The notes under the pieces are model-generated. The model was not told the origin of the DNA. It saw nothing but the letters and a program-made list of their open reading frames with translations, and made no database searches. From NCBI GenBank assembly GCA_019057815.1, contig JAHLWR010000002.1, forward strand, positions 32,001-96,000: DNA of 64,000 nucleotides. The letters are read 5' to 3'. Below are positions 9,931-19,639 of the stretch, in pieces. How positions within the stretch are numbered: the first letter of the stretch is position 1; every line of letters begins with the position of its first letter. Origin of the DNA: Candidatus Heimdallarchaeota archaeon. GTDB lineage: Archaea; Asgardarchaeota; Heimdallarchaeia; Heimdallarchaeales; Heimdallarchaeaceae. Position numbers and translations under genes: made by a program.

Positions 9931-10359
9931 TTGGACTTTAGCATGAGAGGATTATTAGAACGAATTAAAAATGGTTTAAATCCCAAGAATATCTTGGCAA
10001 AAACCAATAAATCGTTTAAACGAACTATAACTGGTTTAAATCCTACGAACATCCGTGAAAAAATCAATAAAATGGCTAAAATGGACCAAGTATATTGGTC
10101 AAAAGTACTAATTGCTGGTGTAACAGGAATGATTTTTGGTTTTTCCAATTTTACAAAATGGCCAGCAACAACAACAATGCTAATAATTTTCTTAGCAATT
10201 TCAGGAGCTTGGGCTTTAATTTTAAGAAAAAAAGAACCAGGCATAAAAATAAGATCTTATTTCACTTCTGCGATTTTTCAATATTTTATCTCATTTGTTG
10301 CCATATGGACATTAATTTGGACTCTAATGTCTGTGCCTGAATCACATTGGCTTTACTAA
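9931..10359 (+). CDS. EMC6/RAB5IF(OPTI)-like three-TM membrane protein with N-terminal repeat
   Basis: VYWSKVLIAGVTGMIFG...FQYFISFVAIWTLIWTL resembles the EMC6/Rab5ip pattern; TTG start with GGTGA SD. Confidence 0.65.
   Translation: MDFSMRGLLERIKNGLNPKNILAKTNKSFKRTITGLNPTNIREKINKMAKMDQVYWSKVLIAGVTGMIFGFSNFTKWPATTTMLIIFLAISGAWALILRKKEPGIKIRSYFTSAIFQYFISFVAIWTLIWTLMSVPESHWLY
9961..10071 (+). repeat. Imperfect 60-bp tandem duplication (20-aa repeat)
   Basis: cgaattaaaaatggtttaaatcc...caataaa at 9961 vs cgaactataactggtttaaatcc...caataaa at 10021. Confidence 0.85.
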
Positions 10360-10447
10360 AACTGTTCAAGTCCATCTTTTTCTTATTTCATCGTTTTTTT
10401 TTATCCCGACAAGAAAAAATATAAGGCTTGTACAAAATGATTCATAA

Positions 10448-10801
10448 ATGAGCACACAAAAGAGAAAATATAGTAGTAAATCTTCCAAAAATAAAAAAGT
10501 ACAACAAAATGAAATAGAAGTAGAAGAATCGCTAGTAAAGAAAAAGAAGATGAATGTAATATATACGATTGTTCTGGTAGTTATTTTTGGATCAGGGATA
10601 ATACTTTTAATTCTCTCAAATGTGGTTTTTAAAGACGGCGGAGATATAGCGTTTTTCATTTCATTGGGTATTATTGGGCTGGGAATAGTATTACTTACTC
10701 AGAGAAATGTTTACAAACAAACAAAACCAAGTTCTAAAAGTAAAAGCTCAGGAAAAGAAAAGGAAAAGGATGAAGGATTACAACTTCGTGCTAGACGATG
10801 A
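10448..10801 (+). CDS. Hypothetical two-TM protein with basic termini
   Basis: Hydrophobic hairpin flanked by Lys-rich segments. Confidence 0.7.
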   Translation: MSTQKRKYSSKSSKNKKVQQNEIEVEESLVKKKKMNVIYTIVLVVIFGSGIILLILSNVVFKDGGDIAFFISLGIIGLGIVLLTQRNVYKQTKPSSKSKSSGKEKEKDEGLQLRARR

Positions 10802-10887
10802 TTCCAACATATCTACTTTTCATTCGATCATAAGGTGTAATACTATAGAGTTACCAATAGTCAAATAGTGCCGACAGAAATCGTTTT

Positions 10888-11259
10888 ATGAGAAGAATGA
10901 TAGACGAAGATTTTAAGAGTCAAGTGGGGAAATTTCTTAAGAGGTATGGTAAAGTTAAAACTTTGGAGAATTTAAACAGTAGCGATAGTAGTCGAGTTCT
11001 TCCTTTTATTGTTGAAAACAAGGAACAAAAATTTGCAGTATTTGCTTTTCATTGGAAAAAGAGTATTGGCACTAACACAGTCATCAAAATAGAGCATCAA
11101 ATCAGTGATATGAACTGCGATGGAGCAATTGTGATTGGTTCAATATTTTCTCAGAATTCTTATGATATGGTTCAAAATTTGAGCGAAAGAGATCAAATAA
11201 GGATAATTCTAATTAAGAAAGATGAAATGAACGAGATTTTGCGTACTGCAAGCAGATAA
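10888..11259 (+). CDS. Mrr-like restriction-endonuclease-fold protein, probably inactive
   Basis: F...V.KFL..YG, FAVFAFHWKKSIG, DGAIVIGSIFS, IILI pattern of Mrr_cat; catalytic D and (Q/E)xK not present. Confidence 0.55.
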   Translation: MRRMIDEDFKSQVGKFLKRYGKVKTLENLNSSDSSRVLPFIVENKEQKFAVFAFHWKKSIGTNTVIKIEHQISDMNCDGAIVIGSIFSQNSYDMVQNLSERDQIRIILIKKDEMNEILRTASR

Positions 11260-11392
11260 AAACAATTGCAGGTTAATCTCCTCACGTTCTACTCAAGATA
11301 AATTATTGAAAACAGTTCTTTTTTTAAGAAAATTTCGAAGTTTCATTGATACAGAAAATTTAAAAAATAGGTTGTTAAATGTTAATCTGATT

Positions 11393-12040
11393 ATGCTTTC
11401 CCAACTTCGAGAACCAGTATCAAAGATTTTACATCCGATTGTTATCTTTTTTGCGAAATTGGGTATCCACCCAACAGCTTTTACAATCACTGGGATGTTA
11501 TTAACTCTTAGTGCGGGTATTTTCTTAGCCCTTAACAACTATCTAGTTGCATTGATACTATTCTTTATCGGAGTTCCGATGGACTATTTAGATGGTGGAG
11601 TTGCACGATATAGAAATATGGCTACAAAACAAGGTTCTTTTCTAGATAGTATTATAGATAGAATAAGTGATCTTGCCCTCTTTGGAGGTGTTGTAATCAG
11701 CGGAAAAGTCGATATTGTAACAGGTATTGTCATGGTTACTTCGACGCTATTAATTAGCTATATACGAGCAAAAGGGGAAAGTATTGGAGTCACAAAAATG
11801 GGAATGGGCATAATGGAAAGAGCTGAAAGATTACTCTTCTTGTTCGTATTAATCTTGTTATCCCTATTTATTCCCAGCTTTAACACTACAGTATTGTTCC
11901 CACTCAACCTTTTTGATGTTACACCTTTTGCATTAGGATACATGATCTTAACTACTTTATGTGTAATAACAGTAATTCAACGATTCGTATATGCTACCAT
12001 ACAATTAACAAAATCTGAAAAAAAAGTTTTAGAAACATGA
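11393..12040 (+). CDS. pgsA: CDP-alcohol phosphatidyltransferase (archaetidylinositol-phosphate synthase-like)
   Basis: DYLDGGVARYRNMATKQGSFLDSIIDRISD; SYIRAKGE; ERAER. Confidence 0.9.
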   Translation: MLSQLREPVSKILHPIVIFFAKLGIHPTAFTITGMLLTLSAGIFLALNNYLVALILFFIGVPMDYLDGGVARYRNMATKQGSFLDSIIDRISDLALFGGVVISGKVDIVTGIVMVTSTLLISYIRAKGESIGVTKMGMGIMERAERLLFLFVLILLSLFIPSFNTTVLFPLNLFDVTPFALGYMILTTLCVITVIQRFVYATIQLTKSEKKVLET

Positions 12041-12148
12041 GTAGATATTAAGTAATAATAGCAATTTTTTTCTAGAATAAATATCTTCTAGCAGAAGAGC
12101 AAACATTTTATATCAAATATTAAAGTTAACCTGGAATACAGTGGTTTT

Positions 12149-12475
12149 ATGCCTAGCAATAAAAAAACTTCGAATCGTGGAAAAAAAACAATCAACGATT
12201 ACCCTGATGAAAAACACTCAGAAACAATAAAAGATTATTCTCAAACAAAAGAAATTGTTAAGGTATTATCTACTGAAATCGGTAATGTTGTTGACCAATT
12301 GTTAGGAGTAATATACAATGTTGAAACAGCTGACCGTTTTGCTGATTCGATAATAACTATCTATAAAAGGTTAGTTGGGGAAGGTATCACTCAAACAACA
12401 GCTGAAAAGATATTATGTGAATACTCAGCTAACATTGATAAATTCGCTTCAATGTTGAAAAAAAAGGATAAGTAA
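12149..12475 (+). CDS. Hypothetical helical protein
   Basis: 108-aa ORF with ATG and GTGGT SD; amphipathic helices (YKRLVGEGI). Confidence 0.65.
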   Translation: MPSNKKTSNRGKKTINDYPDEKHSETIKDYSQTKEIVKVLSTEIGNVVDQLLGVIYNVETADRFADSIITIYKRLVGEGITQTTAEKILCEYSANIDKFASMLKKKDK

Positions 12476-12892
12476 AAAAATCTGCGCTAATATTAAACCT
12501 CTGGAGGATAAAATGCGATGTCAAGTGGTTTTTCATCTTTATACTATGGAATTCTTATAAAACTGAAAACACTTTGGTATATGAAGAAAAAGAGAAAGAT
12601 GCAAAAATCGACAAAAAACTTCCTTAAAGGAAAATTGCAAGATGCAGAAATTAAATATTTTGACGATAAAATCATTGAAAATTATCTCAATATTTTCAAC
12701 TTACTATTAGATAAGAATATCTACGAGAAAATTCTCACAATTAAACAAAAAAAAGGTTAAAATCACAGGTAACAGGGATTTAGTTACATTTTTAAAAAAC
12801 AAAATATTTGAAAAGGTAGAATCACAGACTCTAATTGACCTTAACGTAATCTTTATTTTACAAGTCTTCTATATCCATATAGGAGCATTTTC

Positions 12893-13582
12893 ATGTCAAA
12901 CTACAAGAAATTTAAAGGAGAAACTATAAACAATTACATTCAAGAATATATTCCTTTAATCAATGTCGATAGCCCTACATTTGTAAAATTACCTGCAGAT
13001 AAGAAAGACAATAGGTTAAAAGATATTGAACGCGAGATAATCCAATACTGGGAACTACTTAATCCCATAATTAGAGAATATATCAAAATGATAGTTGACT
13101 ATCTAAATAATTTCGGTGAAGGAACCGAAAATCTTGATAGTTTACGTAGATCTTTAGATTTAGAATTACAAAATTCTTCAGAATTGTCAAATGAAAATAG
13201 AAAACTTAAAGCTCAAGTTTCTGATATGATGATAGATAAAAAAGGGTTAACAGAAAAATTAGATGATTTAATAAAAGAAAAACCCACGATTTCAAAAGAA
13301 GAATTTGAATCTCTGAAACTATTGACATCTTCAAAATTTGATATTTCAACTGGGGATTTTGAAACACTTCTTTCAAAAGCAGTTCAAGATGTGAGGGAAA
13401 GTGATGCAATGAAGAAAGCGCGTGAAGAGAAAGAGAAAATGCAAAAAGAACTTGAATCTGAAAAAGCACGCTTTGAAAAAATTCAACAAGAAGTTGGAGA
13501 AACTTTCCAAAAGAAGCTGATGGAGTATCAAGCTAGGCAAGATGAATTGGAAGAAGAACTCAAACAATATACCAAGAAATAA
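12893..13582 (+). CDS. Coiled-coil protein upstream of Rab-like GTPase
   Basis: AGGAG SD; E/K-rich heptads; 18 bp from the GTPase gene. Confidence 0.8.
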   Translation: MSNYKKFKGETINNYIQEYIPLINVDSPTFVKLPADKKDNRLKDIEREIIQYWELLNPIIREYIKMIVDYLNNFGEGTENLDSLRRSLDLELQNSSELSNENRKLKAQVSDMMIDKKGLTEKLDDLIKEKPTISKEEFESLKLLTSSKFDISTGDFETLLSKAVQDVRESDAMKKAREEKEKMQKELESEKARFEKIQQEVGETFQKKLMEYQARQDELEEELKQYTKK

Positions 13583-13600
13583 ACAAGAAAGGTGATCTAG

Positions 13601-14329
13601 GTGGCAAAATGGAACTTCAAAATTGTCCTTGCGGGTGATGGGGCTGTAGGAAAAACAAGTATAAGGGAACGATATATGGGTAAAGGCTTTACTGGTGACT
13701 ACCTTAAAACAATTGGGGCTGACTTCGCCTCGAAGAAGGTTAAAGTCGATAACCATGATATTAATTTTCAAATTTGGGACCTTGCAGGTCAAGATAGTTA
13801 TTCTGCTGTAAGAAGCACTTTTTATAGGGGTGCAATTGCATCTTTAATGGTTTTTGACTGTCAAGACCCTAAAACACTGACAAATCTCAAAAGTTGGATG
13901 GATGAAGCTATAGAAGGATCAAAAAATGGAATCCTTACTTTCTTTATTATAGCAAATAAAATCGATCTTGAAGAGAAACGTCGTGTCTCAAGGGAGATGG
14001 CTATAGAATTTTGTCATCGTGTAGAAAAAGACACTGGTATACGCATTTATTACTGTGAAACCTCAGCTTTGACAGGTCAAAACATTGCTGAAACTTTCGA
14101 CTTTCTTGGACATAAACTACTAAGTGCAAATAATGTTAAAATTAAAGAAAAACTTGCTATAACAGATGGAATAATTGATATTCATCAAGAAGTTGCAGAA
14201 GGAGCTACTATAACAGAGGGTGTAAGTAAAGAAGAGTTTGATGTTTTGAAAAACCGAATGGATAATATTGAAAAGAAAGTTAAAACTATACAGACAATAA
14301 TAAAGAAATTGGTTGAAAAAATACAATAG
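13601..14329 (+). CDS. Rab-like small GTPase with C-terminal coiled coil
   Basis: GDGAVGKT, TIGADF, WDLAGQ, FYRGA, NKID, ETSA; GTG start with AGGTGA SD. Confidence 0.95.
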   Translation: MAKWNFKIVLAGDGAVGKTSIRERYMGKGFTGDYLKTIGADFASKKVKVDNHDINFQIWDLAGQDSYSAVRSTFYRGAIASLMVFDCQDPKTLTNLKSWMDEAIEGSKNGILTFFIIANKIDLEEKRRVSREMAIEFCHRVEKDTGIRIYYCETSALTGQNIAETFDFLGHKLLSANNVKIKEKLAITDGIIDIHQEVAEGATITEGVSKEEFDVLKNRMDNIEKKVKTIQTIIKKLVEKIQ

Positions 14330-14438
14330 TAAAAATCACTTAATTTCCCTTTTCTTCACTTCTTTTTCTAATGATTTGTGAGAAAATATTCTGATGTAGA
14401 AGTGTTTGTTTCACAATAAAAAAATAAAAAAACAATCA

Positions 14439-15728
14439 TTATTTAATTTTTCTCCCACAATCTGTACAAAATTCCACTCCCAATACTAATTTAGCGGAAC
14501 AATGAGGGCACATATTATATGTAAAGTTAGTTATTTGATGTACTTCGGAGATATTAACTTGACTCTCTAAGGTTTCTAAAATAACTTTATCATTTTTACC
14601 ATCTTTGCTACTTATCCAGTCTAAACTAGGTGACAGAGAATATTCTCTTAGCAATAATTCATACTCCATTGCGGTATTAGAGTCTTCAATAGCATTGAAC
14701 ATAAAAGCTGCTGAAAGCGACAACCATGATGCACATATAGCTACAACTCCCCATCCAGAGACACTACTAGTGTTTTGAAGGAAAAGGTTATTCATAAAAG
14801 ATATCAAAGGTTCTAAGCTTAATAAAGAAATAGTCACTGGAATAATGCATGAAAACACAGTAATCCCAAATATTCTCTTGAAACTAATTTTCTGAAACTG
14901 GAAAGAATTGAAAAATGTCTGAAAAATTCCAGATTTTCTTAATATAGTTAGTTTTTTTGCAATTCTAAATGGGGGAGAAGTTATTGTAATTATTGTTATA
15001 GTATAAGCAATCAAAATGTAGAATTGCGCACTAATCTCTAACTGTAAGAGGAAACTTGTTGAAATAGAAAACAATAATTGTATTAATGCAAGTATAATAC
15101 CAAAATGTAAAAGTTGGATTACAGAGTATATAATAAAACTCCTATGTTGTTTTCCAAAGGATATGTTCTTTTTCGTTATTAAAACAGAAAATATGTATTT
15201 TGATTTATAATAATTGAATACTATGAATAATAAAAACGAAACTGCAAACACGATATAGTGAGTACTTGAAGTATGGGGTGTTTTCAAATATAACAAGCAA
15301 CCTATTCCCATTAGAAACAAGAATGTTAAACTTGTGAATAGAGCGAAAAATAAGATTATTAGATTTTCAAACAAAGAAAAAGATTTGAATATTGATAAAT
15401 TTATTTTAAATGGAAAATTACCTTCAAGGTATTTAATCCTCCCTTTAAGTTTTAAAATTACATTATTACCATTAGTTGTCCATGCTAAAGGTTCATTATT
15501 TTCTGTCAATTTTATCATTCTTGATTGATTATTTTGCATCCCTTCAGATAAATTATCTGTATATGATCCCAATTGATTTAACGTGGATCTGTTTGACGAA
15601 GATCTTGAATCTATTGGTCTATCTGATGATTCTTGGACTCCACTTCCACAATAAGGACAAAATGCTACTTTAGAAGATAATATCGATTTACAGATAGGAC
15701 AACTTTTCTCCGAAATAAAATTCACCAA
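14439..15728 (-). CDS. Multi-pass membrane protein with N- and C-terminal zinc ribbons
   Basis: CPIC...FCPYCG and CPHC...FCTDCG flank about six hydrophobic segments. Confidence 0.75.
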   Translation of the reverse strand: MVNFISEKSCPICKSILSSKVAFCPYCGSGVQESSDRPIDSRSSSNRSTLNQLGSYTDNLSEGMQNNQSRMIKLTENNEPLAWTTNGNNVILKLKGRIKYLEGNFPFKINLSIFKSFSLFENLIILFFALFTSLTFLFLMGIGCLLYLKTPHTSSTHYIVFAVSFLLFIVFNYYKSKYIFSVLITKKNISFGKQHRSFIIYSVIQLLHFGIILALIQLLFSISTSFLLQLEISAQFYILIAYTITIITITSPPFRIAKKLTILRKSGIFQTFFNSFQFQKISFKRIFGITVFSCIIPVTISLLSLEPLISFMNNLFLQNTSSVSGWGVVAICASWLSLSAAFMFNAIEDSNTAMEYELLLREYSLSPSLDWISSKDGKNDKVILETLESQVNISEVHQITNFTYNMCPHCSAKLVLGVEFCTDCGRKIK

Positions 15729-15882
15729 TAAAATTTCTTTTCTGAATTTATATAATTCTGCAATACGTAGATGTTTTTATCAATTTGAAAGTTATTAGTA
15801 ATTGTATATTTTTGCTCTAAAACACTTAAGCGTTTTTCGACTGATTTATATAATTTGAAGCTTATTTGATATTTGAAAGCAT

Positions 15883-17343
15883 ATGCCTGACTCAACTGAT
15901 GATTCGCCAAATTTCATTGACTTCATTGAGATTGTTAGAAAATTAGAGAAAAAAGCATTCAATGTTGTTGATATCCCAATTAAAGCAATAAACGCAAAAG
16001 AAGATAACGAAAAAGAATCATTACAAGAGAAAGGGAAAGAAGATATAGTCGAATATGCAGAAGAAGAAGAAACAGAGGAAGTAGTCACTCAGCCAATCAA
16101 AATAGAGGAAAAGCTTATTGAAGTTGAAAAAGAAACAAAAAGCGAGGAAACAGCAAGATCAGAAGATGAAATCAATAAATTAGTGAAACAAATAGATGAA
16201 AGCTATCCAAGAATAGACATTAACATTTCAAATTTTTATTATGAAAACGAACTTCCAACAGATCAAGAAATGTCAGAGAAAATCAATTCTAAACTTACAT
16301 CTCTTGAATCGGTTCAAATACGAAAAAAGGAAACGAAATATTATCCTTTTGCACTTTGTAAGGTGTCCGGAAAAACAATATTCCATATACCTGTACCAGT
16401 AAATTTTGTTAATGTTCCGGTATATTATACTGAAAAAGATTCACTTCACAAATTGTTAGCTGCTACTTCTCAAGAATACCAAGGATTAGACAATCATGAA
16501 TATCAAAAATGGATTCAATCAATCACACAACTTCAACTGAAAATCAGTAAATTAATAGTTAAAGATGCACAAGATAAAATTTCTAAAAACCGACCATCTG
16601 AAATTGAAAATTTTCCTTTGGATTTCAATATCTTTTCTGAATTGTTGAGGAATTACAATGAAAAAATTAATAAAATTGAAAATTTTTCTTCAAATATTTA
16701 TAAATACTTAGAATCCTTTGTAAAAGAAGGGCAAAATAGCACGAGACTATGGAAGGGAGATGCAATCTTCGATCAAGTTAAGATGAAATTGCGAAAACAA
16801 TTAGAAACTATTCAACAAAATCAATTAGATTTAAGCCACCAAGTACAGGTGGATTTTCTAAAACTAAGAAAAATTCAGAAAAAGATAGAATCAAAGACAA
16901 AAAAATACAAAGAAGAGGAGAAAAAAGGTTCAGAAATAGAGCGAGAAGAAAAAGAAAAATTAATAAGGGAAATGAGAGACTTCCAAAGAAAAAAGCAACA
17001 ATTGCAGATAAAGATGAAAGAAACAAAAATCCGTGCAGAAGACTTGGAAGAATGGTTAAACATTCTATCTATCGATAATGTAAATGAAGCAGAACAACAA
17101 TTTATTTCCAGTTTTAAAGAAGAGTTTCTTCAATCTATAGAAAAGATTTTGGCTCAAGAAGATTATGATAAACTATTGGATAAAATCGAAACTGTTGAGT
17201 CAGATATCGAGCGCACTAGTATTCAACTAATATATGTACCTTTAACTTATTACACTTTTAATGCTAGACATTCAAATAAGAAAATAAGAGGTAGTACAAT
17301 ATACTCCTCATCAACAGAAGAAGTAATTTTATTGAATCCCTAA
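15883..17343 (+). CDS. Hypothetical long coiled-coil protein
   Basis: 486-aa ORF with acidic N-terminus and E/K/Q heptads. Confidence 0.75.
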   Translation: MPDSTDDSPNFIDFIEIVRKLEKKAFNVVDIPIKAINAKEDNEKESLQEKGKEDIVEYAEEEETEEVVTQPIKIEEKLIEVEKETKSEETARSEDEINKLVKQIDESYPRIDINISNFYYENELPTDQEMSEKINSKLTSLESVQIRKKETKYYPFALCKVSGKTIFHIPVPVNFVNVPVYYTEKDSLHKLLAATSQEYQGLDNHEYQKWIQSITQLQLKISKLIVKDAQDKISKNRPSEIENFPLDFNIFSELLRNYNEKINKIENFSSNIYKYLESFVKEGQNSTRLWKGDAIFDQVKMKLRKQLETIQQNQLDLSHQVQVDFLKLRKIQKKIESKTKKYKEEEKKGSEIEREEKEKLIREMRDFQRKKQQLQIKMKETKIRAEDLEEWLNILSIDNVNEAEQQFISSFKEEFLQSIEKILAQEDYDKLLDKIETVESDIERTSIQLIYVPLTYYTFNARHSNKKIRGSTIYSSSTEEVILLNP

Positions 17344-17445
17344 AAATATTGGTAAACAATTATTAGAAAAAGAAGAAGTCTTACTTCACGAAAACCTACC
17401 AAATATAACTTTATTAGTGTTTATATTCAAATCGATTCAACGAGA

Positions 17446-18177
17446 ATGAAAAACGAAATAATTGTCTGTGAGTCTTTGACTAAAATTTTTACTATAGGTA
17501 ATAATAAACTATGTGCTGTTAACGATGTTTCATTCACTCTCACAGAAGGAGAGTTTGTTTCTATAATTGGTCCGTCAGGAAGTGGAAAAACTACACTTCT
17601 CAATTTAGTAGGCACTTTAGAAGTTCCAACAAGCGGAAAACTATTGATCAATGGAACTGATTTAGGAAGATTCACTGCTGCAGAATTATCGAATTTTAGA
17701 AGAAGAAACCTAGGTTTTATATTCCAGTTTTTCAATCTTGTAGACGGGTTAACATCATTTGAAAATATAGAATTACCGCTGATATTTGATTCAGTTCCTT
17801 TTGAAGAAAGGAAAAAAAGAGTTGATTCTTTACTTAAAGATTTTGAATTAAAATATTTAAGAGATAAGTTCCCTGAAGAAATAAGCTCCGGAGAGAGACA
17901 AAGAGTCGCCATAATGAGAGCTCTAATCAATGAACCTGCTTTACTCCTAGCTGATGAACCAACAGGTAATCTTGATACAACAACGGGACATGCGGTTTTA
18001 TCACTCCTAGAAGAACTGAATAAAGAGAGGGGAACATCAATATTGATGGTAACACATGATATATCTGCAGCTAAAAGAGCTTTAAGAACTTTGCACATGA
18101 TTGATGGAAAAATTGCCTATGATCAAAGGATAAGTAATGACATAGCAAAAATGAAACAAGAAGGAAAAGAAATCTAG
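17446..18177 (+). CDS. ABC transporter ATP-binding protein (LolD/MacB type)
   Basis: GPSGSGKT, GFIFQFFNL, ISSGERQR, LLADEPTGNLD, VTHD. Confidence 0.93.
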   Translation: MKNEIIVCESLTKIFTIGNNKLCAVNDVSFTLTEGEFVSIIGPSGSGKTTLLNLVGTLEVPTSGKLLINGTDLGRFTAAELSNFRRRNLGFIFQFFNLVDGLTSFENIELPLIFDSVPFEERKKRVDSLLKDFELKYLRDKFPEEISSGERQRVAIMRALINEPALLLADEPTGNLDTTTGHAVLSLLEELNKERGTSILMVTHDISAAKRALRTLHMIDGKIAYDQRISNDIAKMKQEGKEI

Positions 18178-18620
18178 AACTATTTTAAGAGGAATTCTCA
18201 CATAATGAATTATTAGCTTTATTGACAATAACTTGTTGATATCCTAGATAGTTTGAATAATAATTATAAGCTCTTTCACATCATATTTGTAGAGATTCGA
18301 GAAAAAAGGAGAAAGATAAGGAAAAAATGCAAAAACATGAATTAAGAATAATATTGCAAGATATATTATCAATTTATCTTAAAATCCGTTTAGCAAATAT
18401 ACAGAAGGAAACTAAATAAAGTAATTTTTGAAAGGAAATCAGTAATGCTTTTGGAAAAAATAATATCCTAATTGTCACTACATATAGGTTAAAATTGTTA
18501 AATATTTAGACACGAACTGAAGGGAACGCTTATAAATGCATATAAGGAAATTTGTATAAGTAAGAGAAAAACTTATTCTTCAGTAAACTTTACTGGAAGA
18601 AAATAAGGAGTATCTGAAAT

Positions 18621-19628
18621 ATGTCTTTAAAAGGTTTCATATTAAGAAGAACCATATATATTGTTCCAGTGATGATTGGCATCACTCTTATGAACTTCAC
18701 ACTTATTAATGTCGCACCTGGTGATCCTGTTCTTGTAAGATTGGGTTTGATTAAATGTGAAAATCCCGATTGTTATAATGCTGCATACAATAAAGAAGCT
18801 ATAGAAATGGGATTGCTCGACAATGACTTCTACACTATTCCTTGGTTATCAAGGTATGTTGATTTCCTTTCTGGCATCGCTAATTTTGACCTAGGAAGAT
18901 CTTGGTACTATACGCAAGCTGGTGAAGGTATACCAATAAGCCAGATAATCAAGGAAAAAGCTCCATATACTATCACACTCAACGTCCTATCATTTGTACT
19001 ATCACTGCTACTCGCGGGAGCCATTGGTGTTGTGTCAGCTACTCGTCAAAACTCTTTTTGGGATCGATCATTAACAATAGCTATGCTACTAGGATATTCA
19101 ATGCCACTATTTTGGCTAGCGAAATTAATAATGCTCGTTTCATTCTACTTGTTTGATTTTACGGGAGTAGCAAATAAGAACGCTTTTAGGAAACCCTTAT
19201 TCCTGAATCCGGAGTACTATAAATTCCTAATATTGCCAACACTAGCACTAACACTAGGAGGGCTGGTATTTATGGCAAGACTTGTTCGTTCACAACTACT
19301 GGAAATCTTAAGGCAAGATTATATTACAACAGCAAAAGCAAAAGGATTAGATAATCGAGCTGTTATATACAAACACGCTTTCCGAAATGGGTTACTTCCA
19401 ATTGTAACAATAATTGGAAGCTCTCTGCCAGGTCTACTAGCTGGATCAGTAATGGTTGAATCGGTTTTTGGATGGCCAGGATTAGGAACAGTGTTCTTAG
19501 AAGCAGCTTTATTCAGAGATTTCCCTCTGTTGATGGCGATTAACACAATCTTTCCACTAATGTTCTTGATAGCACGGTTACTGACGGATATAACGTATGT
19601 GTTTATAGATCCGAGGATTAAATACTAG
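18621..19628 (+). CDS. oppB: Oligopeptide ABC permease OppB/DppB
   Basis: PGDP, DLGRSW, QDYITTAKAKGL, HAFRNGLLP, ESVFGWPGLG, DPRIKY. Confidence 0.93.
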   Translation: MSLKGFILRRTIYIVPVMIGITLMNFTLINVAPGDPVLVRLGLIKCENPDCYNAAYNKEAIEMGLLDNDFYTIPWLSRYVDFLSGIANFDLGRSWYYTQAGEGIPISQIIKEKAPYTITLNVLSFVLSLLLAGAIGVVSATRQNSFWDRSLTIAMLLGYSMPLFWLAKLIMLVSFYLFDFTGVANKNAFRKPLFLNPEYYKFLILPTLALTLGGLVFMARLVRSQLLEILRQDYITTAKAKGLDNRAVIYKHAFRNGLLPIVTIIGSSLPGLLAGSVMVESVFGWPGLGTVFLEAALFRDFPLLMAINTIFPLMFLIARLLTDITYVFIDPRIKY

Positions 19629-19639
19629 GAAGTCTTGAA

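Noticed and set aside
12518-12760. 80-aa Lys-rich ORF
   Set aside because: Low-complexity composition, ambiguous start, no motif; possible but unsupported
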